A stretch of 60,739 bases of DNA, counting the filler, from Sphacelaria rigidula (lineage: Eukaryota), in NCBI GenBank assembly GCA_964200075.2. It is 10 parts of 10 records of this genome, joined end to end, with 100 filler letters (N's around TTAATTAATTAA, not from the genome) between each part and the next. Parts side by side here need not be neighbours in the genome. Positions count along the whole stretch, not along the records: positions 48,673 to 54,656 come from CAXNAA020023016.1; positions 54,757 to 60,739 come from CAXNAA020023017.1; 8 more parts are not named here. One strand, written 5' to 3'. Made by a program: the position numbers and the translations under genes. Below, in pieces: positions 50,761-60,739 of this stretch. The notes under the pieces were generated by a model. That model did no database searches. It was not told the origin of the DNA and worked only from the letters and a program-made list of their open reading frames with translations. The first letter of the stretch is position 1; every line of letters begins with the position of its first letter.

Positions 50761-51242
50761 GGCCGGATGTGATGGCACACAATTTTTTGGCCCACGGATT
50801 GTTCACTTTCGGGACGTTTGAGCCACTTTTTAACCCCCAAGCAGGGAAAATCGCCAACACACGTCTGGGACACTTGGAATCACCCCACAGAGAATAACCT
50901 AGCCCCCTTTTCAGATTCGCTTGGCTCCGAGCTTTCGACATTGGCCGCTGAACAATGATTGGTGTTCAAAAGTCTGTGCTTGCCGACCCTCGCCAGTTTG
51001 CCCAATAATCTGTGGAGATCGCCGTAGAGTTTGTTGCACACGGATTATTGTTCAGCAGCCGCTCTCAAAACCTTGGAGCCAAGTGAATCTGAAAAGGGGG
51101 CTAGGTTCTTCTCTGTGGGGTGATGCAAAGTGTCCAAGACGTGTGTTGGCGGTTTTCCCTGTTTGGGGATCAAAAAGTGGCTCAAACGTCCCAAAAGTGC
51201 ACAATCCGTCGGCCAAGAATCTGTGTGCCATAGCAGCCGGCC
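50761..51242. mobile_element. Long-TIR (~180 bp) MITE with GGCC ends, Harbinger/Tourist-like
   Basis: 50761-50940 is the imperfect reverse complement of 51062-51242. A related partial copy at 54805-54983 ends GGCC|TAA. Confidence 0.82.
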
Positions 51243-51733
51243 TGAGCACCTAAACCTTGAGTGGGGTACAAAGATCGTCCTCAATAATACTCGGATATCG
51301 GGTAGAGTACTGCGATCGTACCTAATTGTGCCCAACATTTGGGTAAAAGTTTGGAGATCGGACCATCGCGGCACAAACTTTGGGAGAGTAAATACCCGGG
51401 TATTTACCCTACCCAACACGTCCTTCGAACGATATATTGTCATGCGCGCACTAATAACATCGTGGTTGATCTGAAACTGGACAGGGCGTTTCGTGCACAC
51501 TATCGTCGGCACTTTTTATCTACTGTATTAGTGACGTTATTACTCTGTTGTACGTGTTGAGCACTAAGGATTGAGGAGCTGGACCAACACCGACCCCTTT
51601 CTCGACATCAATGTCATGCTGTTGTTGTGTTTTGCACTGTGTGTTTTCGACCTTTCTTACTCTTCAACACGGGAAATCGGCTTCAGGTGGGCATGCTGCA
51701 GCCTCCCTTCACGTACGACACGCAGTGGGAGGT

Positions 51734-51738
<5 letters not shown>

Positions 51739-51783
<45 letters not shown>
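51739..51783. repeat. (TTG)n microsatellite
   Basis: Direct reading; it explains the poly-Cys ORF at 51611-51844. Confidence 0.95.
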
Positions 51784-51784
<1 letters not shown>

Positions 51785-52351
51785 CCAGTGATGTCTTGTA
51801 TGGAATTACGTTGTTCTTGGCAGCAACAGCGAGTCTGCGGCTAAACTGTCGTTACAAAACATATCGTTGAAATGTACTCGGTCTTAGTGTGAACACCGAG
51901 CTTCGGGTCTTTGGGGGACTGAGCGTGTGTTTGATGTCCAATACTGCATACAGCATGTGGTTCTATTCCAATAAGAGTCGAACACAGGGTGGTACGTCCC
52001 TATGTCGTTCGGATTTCTTGTCACGTTGTCCAATATTTACAGCACTGTGGTTCGAAGCTGATACTCTCCCTCCCCCCCCTCGGCCCCTAAATGTCATTTG
52101 GCGTCGTACAGTACGTGGCAGATGCAGTCCAGCACTCTACCCTGGTGCGCAAGAAGGTTTATGACGAGATAGGTTGGAAGCGAGATCACCCGGTGCTTCT
52201 GCAGATTAAGCTCAGGTTCAAGCGCATTTCCACCCGGGTGAGTGCTGATTGGTTGGTTGATTGAGTATTTGGTTGGTTGATTGAGTGTTTGGTTGGTTGG
52301 ATAATTAGTTGGTTGGTTGGTTGATGATTGATTGATTGGTTGAATGATTGG

Positions 52352-52592
52352 ACGTTTCGGACGAATCATCGCCGGTTCGAATCGCCAAATCCACGATTTT
52401 TCAGCCCTAATTGCTCAGTTGATCGCTGGTCAGAAAGGTCTCCACGCAGCTTTTGCGCCATTTCACGTGCTTGGGTTGCGCATACCTGGGCTGTAACGCT
52501 GAAAAGAAAGCCCAAGGATTGATTCGTACGGTACGAATCAATCACACTAAAATCAAGTGATTTCCAGACGAATCATCGATCCGTCCGACCCT
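52352..52592. mobile_element. ~240-bp Helentron/HINE-like element, copy 2
   Basis: CGGACGAATC (52358) / GATCCGTCCG (52578) inverted pair plus an inner CAGACGAATC (52565). Flanked on both sides by (TTGA/TTGG)n. Related ends at 5940-5984 and 42422-42488. Confidence 0.65.
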
Positions 52593-53637
52593 TGATTGAT
52601 TGATTGATTGATTGATTCGTTGATGATTGATTGGTTGATTGATTGTGATCGATTGGTCGATTGATTGTCGCACATTGACTGACGATCCCAAGGAATCAGA
52701 CGTGGTCATTAAATAGACGTACGTGCCGGAGGCAAAGCAGCACAGAAACTCTCGCGAAGATGAGAGGAATCCTGAGAAGGGGGGGATAGACAGTGATACG
52801 TGGATCGAAAAAACATGCAAGAGTTGACTTGGAAATAAACATAATCGTTAGCAGCGAAGGAGCGAGAAAGGGAAAGAAAGGAACGGAGTGTGCTGTGTTG
52901 CTACCTATTACTGAGATGAGCTAATATATGTATATATATATTCGGGTTGTTCCATGTACAGCCACTGTCTCTTTTTTTGGAGTTGATTTGTCGCACGGAT
53001 ATGATTGAAATTGATTGCGCAGCAACCATATCCGTGCTACCAATCAACTGAAAAAAAACAGAAGGGAATGGGTGTTTTTATGTCCTTGTCGGTGGGTGTT
53101 GTTTGCACATTTGACGTCACCCCTTTCTCAGCAGGAACAGCCCGCCTTCCCCCCGGTCCCTGCTGCCTTGCAAGTTTTTCTCGAGCGCTGGATTATGACC
53201 ACGCCCGTAGCCCTGTCGGCTGTTATCGGGGTTGTTTTTGCGTCGGTGTGTTTTGTGTTCCTCTTTTTGAGAGTTTATCGATAAGTTGATTGGGTGGTTG
53301 AGTCATTGTCGCACATTAACCAACTTAACCGCTACGAGATTCAGTCGTCGTCACGAGGTGGACGTACGTCTTCCCCCCAAGGTTGGAAACAAAGAAGAAA
53401 ACAGAAAAAAAAAACTCGCCGAAGAAAAAGTCTGAAAATGACAAACACGAAGACGAAGAAGGAAGGGATAAATTCAGAGAGATTCAAATGCCAGTAACCA
53501 AAGAAAAATATACCAGCCTTATACCTGTCCTATTCAGCACCAGTCCTGAGAAAAAATATGAAAAAAGTAGGGCGAAAAGGCGTATGATGGAAACCATGAG
53601 ATTGAAGAACTTCTCATGAAATATTATCACGTCTTTG

Positions 53638-53909
53638 CACACTCTAGACAATATGTGGTCAATGATTTCAATGGAAAAAACCATACCGCGTAAATTATAG
53701 GCTTATTGCGACTGTCGTCGGAAATATACAATAGGCCTGTACTTTTACGCGGTACATTTTTTCTCGTGCAACTACTGTAGAATAGGAAGAGATTGTACTG
53801 CGTAAAGTGTAGGGCTATAGCCATTGCTGTCGAAATATAAAATAGGGCTATACTTTACGCAGTATTTTTTTTTACCTTGCAACTATTGACCACATACTGT
53901 TCCGGGTGT
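53638..53909. mobile_element. ACACCCTGGACA-TIR MITE, ~270-bp form
   Basis: CACACTCTAGACAATATGTGGTCAAT...ATTGACCACATACTGTTCCGGGTGT; sister of the split copy at 36716-37735. Confidence 0.75.
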
Positions 53910-54039
53910 CATTTTTTCGCAACCGTTGTGTTTCCGTGCACGTTGCACACTAGCGCGAACTGCTGAATGGTGTTGTCTTATGCTCCCGCCGTACGCACCC
54001 CGTGTGCCTAAATTTTGGAGGCTAGTTAACCGGCGTCAG

Positions 54040-54319
54040 GCTACGAATGTCCATGGTTGACACATTTTACAAGTATCGCTACCCCTACCCCTAACCCCAA
54101 CCCAACGCATACCGACAACTCTCGGGCAAGGGTGGTACATGGCATTCCCCAGGCAGAGTGCGACCTTGGTAGACTCCAAATCGGCGCCTGTGGCGCCGAT
54201 TTCAACGAAAACGCGTTCGGCGCACGCGAGGAGCACACGGGACTGTCAGCCCTCCTGGAGCTCGGATTCTCGTTGTACACACTCAAATCAAGTAATATTA
54301 ACCATGGAAATTCGTGGCC
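54040..54319. mobile_element. ~280-bp MITE with a degenerate CCCTAA-like tract
   Basis: GCTACGAATGTCCATGGTTGA / TTAACCATGGAAATTCGTGGC inverted ends. Confidence 0.65.
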
Positions 54320-55197
54320 CAACGCCGGTCAACCCTACTGAAGTTTTGTGGAGATCGATTTTTTTGTCATGTACTCGGAAGACATCTTGATGTGCAGCTC
54401 ACCTTTGGCAATGCTTGAAAAACCCGTTCTCGGGAAAATTCCTGGATACCCAAAGCGAGATATACATTCCGCAACGCCTGTTCTATAGTAAACAGTATTT
54501 TGCAAATTTGACTGACTCGCTATTTTTTTCATTTACTGGATCATGTTTCCATGCTCCTTACGCAGGTACTACCGTATACAAGCTAGTACCGTTTTCGGGA
54601 GGAGGAGGGGGGGGGGGGGGGGGGGGGGACAAAAAGTTGCTGAAGCAACCCAATCANNNNNNNNNNNNNNNNNNNNNNNNNNNNNNNNNNNNNNNNNNNN
54701 TTAATTAATTAANNNNNNNNNNNNNNNNNNNNNNNNNNNNNNNNNNNNNNNNNNNNCGTGACCCCATTATGACGGTCTGCCGGCCAAAACGCAAAAATCC
54801 GTGTGCAAAAATCTGTGCTTGCCGACCCCCGCCAATTTGCCCAAAATTCTGTGGGACTCGGGCCCCGAAACTTGGCCACGGATTTTTCACCCAAAATTTC
54901 GATAAATCTGTACCCATAACATGGGTGTCACACGAATTTTGAAGATCCGGGGCCGAAGATCTGTTGCCATAACATCTGGCCTAACTACTATTGTTTTGTA
55001 TTTCGGTATTTAAAATGTCGTTTCCGTTTCTACTCGAATCATGCGCACGAAATAGAATCATCATGTTCACTTTCCATTTTTTGTGGAGTCCAGAGTTCTA
55101 CGGTGAAATAAAAAGTTGCATCATTTATATTTTTATCTTTGACTTTGTTACTGTACATCCGATGGGGGCTGAGACGGGTGACGGGGCGCCATTCTAT

Positions 55198-55445
55198 TCG
55201 GTTTGGTCCTTGATTCTTTGGGGTAGATTCTCTACTTATATCGTGCTGCCAGATTGGCGCCAACACGGCCAGGCTTCCTTTCTTTTTTCGTGGTGGTTAC
55301 GGTTGGTCGAGGGGCTGGGTCGGTTTGGTTCGGTCCTTGCTTGTTTTGATAGGTTCTACACGTATGTAGGACTGCCAGGTTGGCGCCAACACGGACAACC
55401 TTCCTTTCTTCTTTCGTGACGGTTACGGTTAGCCGTGGGGTTAGA
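55198..55445. repeat. Tandem duplication of a ~128-bp unit
   Basis: CTGCCAG.TTGGCGCCAACACGG...CTTCCTTTCTT.TTTCGTG..GGTTACGGTT occurs twice. Confidence 0.8.
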
Positions 55446-55776
55446 AGCCTTTGCTCATACTAATAAATTATGGCTGATGTCTATTTTCGTTTTTCGCCAT
55501 TATGCTCAAAACCTCCGCGCGTGCGCGACCCGTGGCGTTGGTACCTGCGGCGCTGCTGCCATGCGCGTCAGCCGTGGCTTACCACTAGTTACTTTTATTG
55601 TTGTTGCATTTTTGGCGGGCAAGCATGCGCACATCATCAATGCGCTCCGTTTTGCATGCATACCAACACTAGTAATACATAGTAAAGTTAGTGTGGCACT
55701 TCATCGGTATGCCGTATATCATTTGCGGTATACGGCATGCATTCGCTTGTTTTTCGCCCCCTTACGACAGGAAATG

Positions 55777-56515
55777 TACGGGTATACCCAGGGTGTTTAC
55801 TCAGGTGCTACCCGTACCCGACAGTCCTGTGCGTTCTGTAAACCTCCCATACCCGTACCCAGGGCACGGGTATACCCTCATGGAAGGGTATGATTTTCTG
55901 TCCGGCGTCCATACCGCACCCGATAGTTCTGTTAAGTTCTGCAAGCGTCCCACTTGACAGTTATGCACTACTGGATGAGCCTCTCTTACCCGTACTCGAC
56001 AGTTCCGTAAGTTATGTAAACTTCCCATACCTGCACCCGTGGCACGATTATATCCTTATGAAAGTACCCGGGAGAGGGTATGACTTTCTGTCCAGCGTCC
56101 ATACGGCACGCAACAGTTCTATAAAGTACTGTGAGCTCCCACCCGACAGTACTGTGAGTTCTGTAGGCCTGCCATACCCTTAACTGACAGTTCTGAAACT
56201 TTTTCAAGCCTACTTTCCCCTACCCGAAGCATGGGTATACCCTTGTAAAAATAGCCGGATAAGGGAACGGTTTCTGTACAGCATCTATATGTAACGAGTA
56301 GAGTTCTGTGAGATCTGTACAAAGTTTTTACCCTACGTGGAGTTAGGATCTACCCTTGTAGAAATACCCTCGTGCGAATACGGGTTTCTGCACGTCCATA
56401 TCCTACCCAACAGGTTCTGTTCGTTCTGTGTGACTTTCATATCGGCACCCGAAAGTTCTGTAAGTTCTGTAAGGAAACCCGTATCCTACCTAGCGTATCC
56501 GTACCCGACAGAACA
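55777..56515. repeat. Complex tandem repeat built from TACCCGTACCCGACAGTTCTGTAAGTTCTGTA sub-units
   Basis: ~34-bp sub-unit repeated within ~180-bp higher-order units. Confidence 0.8.
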
Positions 56516-57092
56516 ACGTCTTTCAAAAACATGTCGCATCTAGCAGCTGTGGGTACATCTGCACCTGTTCTTCTAACATCGAACATCGATCGTTTCACTA
56601 TAGCAGTTGGGCACCGAAGGGGGTTTCTTGCTCAAGCTTAAATCTGCATTGCTATTACGACGGTCTGCCCATCTCCCTGTCTTCCCCTTGTCGATAAAAC
56701 TGAAAATGGTCGTTGTGGCACAAATTTGTTTGCAAGCAGATTTTGGAAATAGACTTCACATGTCTCGATAATGACAAGGGGGTTGCTCATCAACTTTCTG
56801 GGGGGGGTTGACTTGATTGATATTTGATCATTTATTTCAAATCGGCTTGACTTAATCCTTGTTAGTTGATTAAAATCAAATTATCAACACAGCGCCAATT
56901 AATCACAAATCATACAAGTAGATGATCACTTGACTATTTTGGTAGCTCTTAAACAGCAGACGAGTATGAAAATCATTATTTAAGTTGATTAGTTGATAAT
57001 CAACGAACCAGCAGAAAGTTGATTTGATGTTGATGCATGATCAAGTCAACTTCTCAATCATAATCAACCCTGCTAAAAAACGTGATGAATAA

Positions 57093-58745
57093 GACGATCT
57101 TTTATAGCAACGAATCTCGAGTTTTTTCGACTCAAAATCGGGGGGACTCAAATTCGCTAACTCAAAATCGGGAGGGCCGCTTTATGGTATCACAGATTTG
57201 TGACAGTTCTGTACACGACAGTCATTTTCTGCATGAGTGTGGTACCGCGTACTCGTGGATGAAGCCGAAGAGCAGGCAGGCGGTGAATAATCCTTCAAGT
57301 ACAATGTTGTACCGCGGTACCCTAGGGTCATACAGTGCAGGGCACTCCATCGTTACAGTTATGCCCGTGAATGGGGCCCGATTTTGGGCACTATATACCG
57401 GGAAAATGGACCGACCAACTACATAGTCAGTTGAATGGAGAAGAAATGAAACCTAAATGAGCCAACCAGTATCAATCACAAGTACACGCGTCACTCGAAA
57501 TGACGACGGCGCTCATACAGAATGCACTATTGGTATGGTACATTCTACAACAAACCTATGACTGACGTTGCTGTACACCTGTACACAGGGTTACAACGAC
57601 AGGAGGATAGAAACTGCTGCTCGTGCTGTTGTTGTTGTGCCCCTTTTGTTGCAGTATGTTGTTGTGCTCATCTTTCAACGCAAATTTCTCGGCAACGAAG
57701 CAGAGGATGGGACTGCGGTTCGATGTGTGCGCTTCCCACACACCAGAACTGTTCAGTGTGGCGGCGGATTTCCGTAACGCGTGCCGCGGAGACCGCAGCA
57801 CTTTGCAAACCGCCAAAACGTACTATAAAACGCGTTTTCTTTAACGTTCTGGGGTTTTTCGGATCCGCTGTGGCGATTTGAGCAAATCCGCCGCCACACT
57901 GGATAAATCTAGTGTGTGTGCGAGGGGCTGTGAAGTGCCACAGGCCGGTTTGCTTCCTGTCTCGAGGAAAATGCAATGAAAAAATTACAGCTGTCGCATA
58001 CTAAACCTAGATAACTTGGGATGGAGCGTGTGTCCTGTTCGGCAGAGGTTCGGCAGAGGTTCGGCAGAGGTCCGACCCGTCCATGACGTCTGCAATACGT
58101 CTTCAATATCCCTCCGCGTTCATTTTATTTTTTGTTGACAACGGATTTTTGGTCGGTAAGGCCTTTATTGACGGGCATAACAGTACATGATGATGCCGTG
58201 TGGTAATACATGATGGCACAGTCGGTATCGCGAGAACAGCGAACAGTGTGCGAGAAGAGTGCAGCAGTGCAGTGCATACGTCACCCTGCAAGTACGGCGA
58301 CAACAGACAAGGATACTTAGTACAGTACCGTTCGTTATAGTGATATGTATACAGTGCAGCATAAAATTATACCATCGCCGCAGGGTACGGCGTCAACAAT
58401 TATTTCCGCTTGTCAGGCCCCGTGCGAGGCTGCTTCAGCAGCTGGCGCGGGCAGGCACGCCCTGTATTGTCACGAGACCGTCTTCTGCTGTGGTTGTAAA
58501 AATTTCAAACGTCTCGTACCCTACCATCGTACGTCAATGCACGTACGTCACGTCCTCAAAATCGAGAGGAACTCAGCTTTCCGCCGATTTTTCGAAAAAA
58601 TCGGAGAAAATCGTTTTGAGATCGTGACACCCCGATTTTTTCTCCCCCGATTTGGTCCAAATCGGGATTCATAAAATGCATCCCCCGATTTTTTTCCGCC
58701 GATCCTCGAAAAAATCGAGATTGGTGACTGCCATAAAAGATGGTC
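57093..58745 (+). mobile_element. Family A full-length copy carrying an 820-bp nested insertion
   Basis: 57093-57359 matches 1304-1605 and 58180-58745 matches about 1602-2133. Flanks are TAA and CAA. Confidence 0.85.
57360..58179. mobile_element. 820-bp non-coding TIR element with TAT...ATA termini and 5-bp TSD (ACAGT)
   Basis: TIRs TATGCCCGTGAATGGGGCC / GGCCTTTATTGACGGGCATA. ACAGT at 57355-57359 and 58180-58184. Sister family A copies have a single site. Confidence 0.8.
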
Positions 58746-59822
58746 CAACCCAGGTCGGGATTAGATATATCCGTCAATTGGTTGCGCCACAGGCGAAAAA
58801 TAGCGTTACATGACGCAAACGCCTCTTTCACTCCTGGAAATAATCAACTCATCAAGTCATTTTGACCTAGTTGATTCAGCGATTTAACCCTTCGACGGCG
58901 AGAGTAGGTCATCTGTTGAATCGGCATCAATCTCACTTGAAAAAACCTAATCCAGATGCACTACCCTCGCGGTCAACTTGACAGCAGAAAGTTCATGAGT
59001 GTTTTTCCGTTTTCATAATATGGAGGCATTTGTGTGGGAGTATATGTACCTTCCAGTAAATACTGTCATATTCCGCAGTTTCAATTGTCTCAGACCAAGA
59101 GTGAAGATCATCACGGGAAGAGGGGTGGGCACTTCCAGCATCAAGAGCTCGCTTCACGTGAGGTGTGCGGAGGTGTAAAAGGCACTATCATTTACGAAAC
59201 CCGTCACAGCACACATCGCAAGCGATTGCTACTGACACGAGGTCGCGTCCCGGTAGTACACGGCGGAGTTGTGCAGGGTTCTCTACATGCCGGTCCCACC
59301 CCACGCGCACGGATTTCAAATCACACTTGTTTACAGACAGTATAAATGTATGATACTGCTTGCTGTCTGTGTGTACGTCGTGTACCACCCCTCGCTCCAC
59401 CACATCTTGTACAGCGGTCGGTGTTGCAGCTAAGCGTGCATTTGCCTTAAGTGATGCACACAGGAGTAAAAGGCCGCCTATGCCGTTATAATGCCTGCCT
59501 GTATCTTGGGCGGAGTTATATAGTAAAACAGTCGCTATGGTGCGCAAGCCGGCTGTAACAATTCATACCGTGGAGATTTCTACACTGTCTTGAAGTGATA
59601 CTGCGCGCAGTTCCCACTACGAGTATTGGGAACGTTGCAGTAGGCAATCAATAGCTTCCATACTGTGCACAGTACATTATTTTTAATTGCATACCAACTG
59701 TAGAAAGCTCTTGTCCAGGGTGTACTACATTTCCACATGTATTAGGCGGTGAGATAGTGAAAAACTCCACAGCACGTGGCCAAATTGGAGTTGAGGCAAT
59801 CACCGAAATATTCATGTGTAAA

Positions 59823-60083
59823 GGACACTTTCTACGATAGCCCCCCCTAAAAAGTACATGGTTTTGGGTGGCAAAATCTCCACGTAAATCGAAATGGGAA
59901 AAGCCGAGCACAACGAGCAGCTGGGATTTCCCCCGTTTGGGCTCGTTCTCGTCAATGTTGCCAATATGAGGCGTTTCATGCAGCCTGAACCCAAACATCA
60001 AGCGCTATATCAAGGCTATATGGCCATTTTTTTCGTGACACTTTTGGGCTGGTTTTGGGGGGGGGCTATCGTAGAAAGTGTCC
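59823..60083. mobile_element. 261-bp MITE
   Basis: GGACACTTTCTACGATAGCCCCCCC / GGGGGGGCTATCGTAGAAAGTGTCC; related end at about 48735-48753. Confidence 0.8.
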
Positions 60084-60699
60084 AAGCCTGTGCGGTCGTT
60101 GATGACGCTAAAAAAACACCAGTGCAACGACCACCCCGGCTGCCAGCCTGTTCGCACGTCCCGGTAGTGGTGGGACTATCTGCACCGGGATGTCGCCCCC
60201 AGTGTCAGGTACGCCGGCAACGGTCCGTGGCACTAACCACTGGTCGCGCGACAGGAGCTTAACCTTCGACTGTCGACCTTTTTGAAGCGGAAACGTTCAA
60301 CTCCCGACCCTCACATATATAGCGGACTTTGAACAATGCTTGTTTGCTGGGTTTCTTCGAGCGTTCATCCATAACTGGACGAAGATTGATGATGAGGCCG
60401 GCAGGATTCGTCGCAGCCTGCGTACTCAACTGTCACGGTACCCACTATAATCGTCATCAGACAGCAGGGTGTTGAAAAAATAAAATCCCACGCATCGTGG
60501 GTATCCACCGTATCAATGCAGACCGGGCCACCAGCGACTCCCCCTGCTGCAGCTGTGACTGTGACACCTTTCTCTAATACCAATCTACACATTCTTCAAG
60601 CTTCGGCGTCATCTGACGAGAGGTGCGGATTCTCTTCACGCCAAAGCTGCCAAAACACCGCCTCCATATTATGGAAAAGGAATAACACTGTCATATATA

Positions 60700-60739
60700 T
60701 GTGTGTGTGTTGTCGTCCCATTTATTCTGGACGCCAGTC
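60700..60739 (-). mobile_element. SINE family 1 tail at the window end
   Basis: TGTGTGTGTGTTGTCGTCCCATTTATTCTGGACGCCAGTC matches 11891-11927. Confidence 0.75.

Noticed and set aside
51611..51844. Cys-rich metallothionein-like ORF
   Set aside because: The poly-Cys is a (TTG)n microsatellite.

Overview
Eukaryotic, repeat-dense DNA from a photosynthetic stramenopile, most likely a brown alga (inferred from a light-harvesting pre-protein with a bipartite AQAF plastid signal and from short exons separated by GT-AG introns of several hundred bp). The window is not contiguous genome. It is ten unrelated contigs (nine of 5984 bp, the last 5983 bp) joined by nine artificial 100-bp linkers (N44-TTAATTAATTAA-N44), so neighbourhood across linkers means nothing. 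Almost all listed six-frame ORFs are spurious. Genes I could rebuild by hand-splicing: an 11-exon internal part of a tandem coronin (coronin-7 type, minus, 6496-11603), the four 3' exons of a class-B DnaJ (minus, 32211-34349), the first exon of an LHC/FCP antenna protein (minus, 45114-45366), a trypsin-like protease exon (plus, 49914-50070) and a few orphan exons. The rest is transposable-element material: a decayed Ty3/Gypsy gag-protease, an internally deleted mariner, two tRNA-derived SINE families, (CAAT)n-tailed LINE-like 3' ends and more than ten non-autonomous TIR or fold-back families, several nested in one another. No CRISPR array, rRNA or genuine tRNA gene was found. The most unusual items are an 820-bp element with TAT...ATA ends and a 5-bp target duplication confirmed by an empty site, a Harbinger-like element inserted into its own sister copy, and a ~240-bp Helentron-like element found twice inside tandem repeats. 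I cannot judge novelty without database searches, and I saw no convincing new protein-based system.
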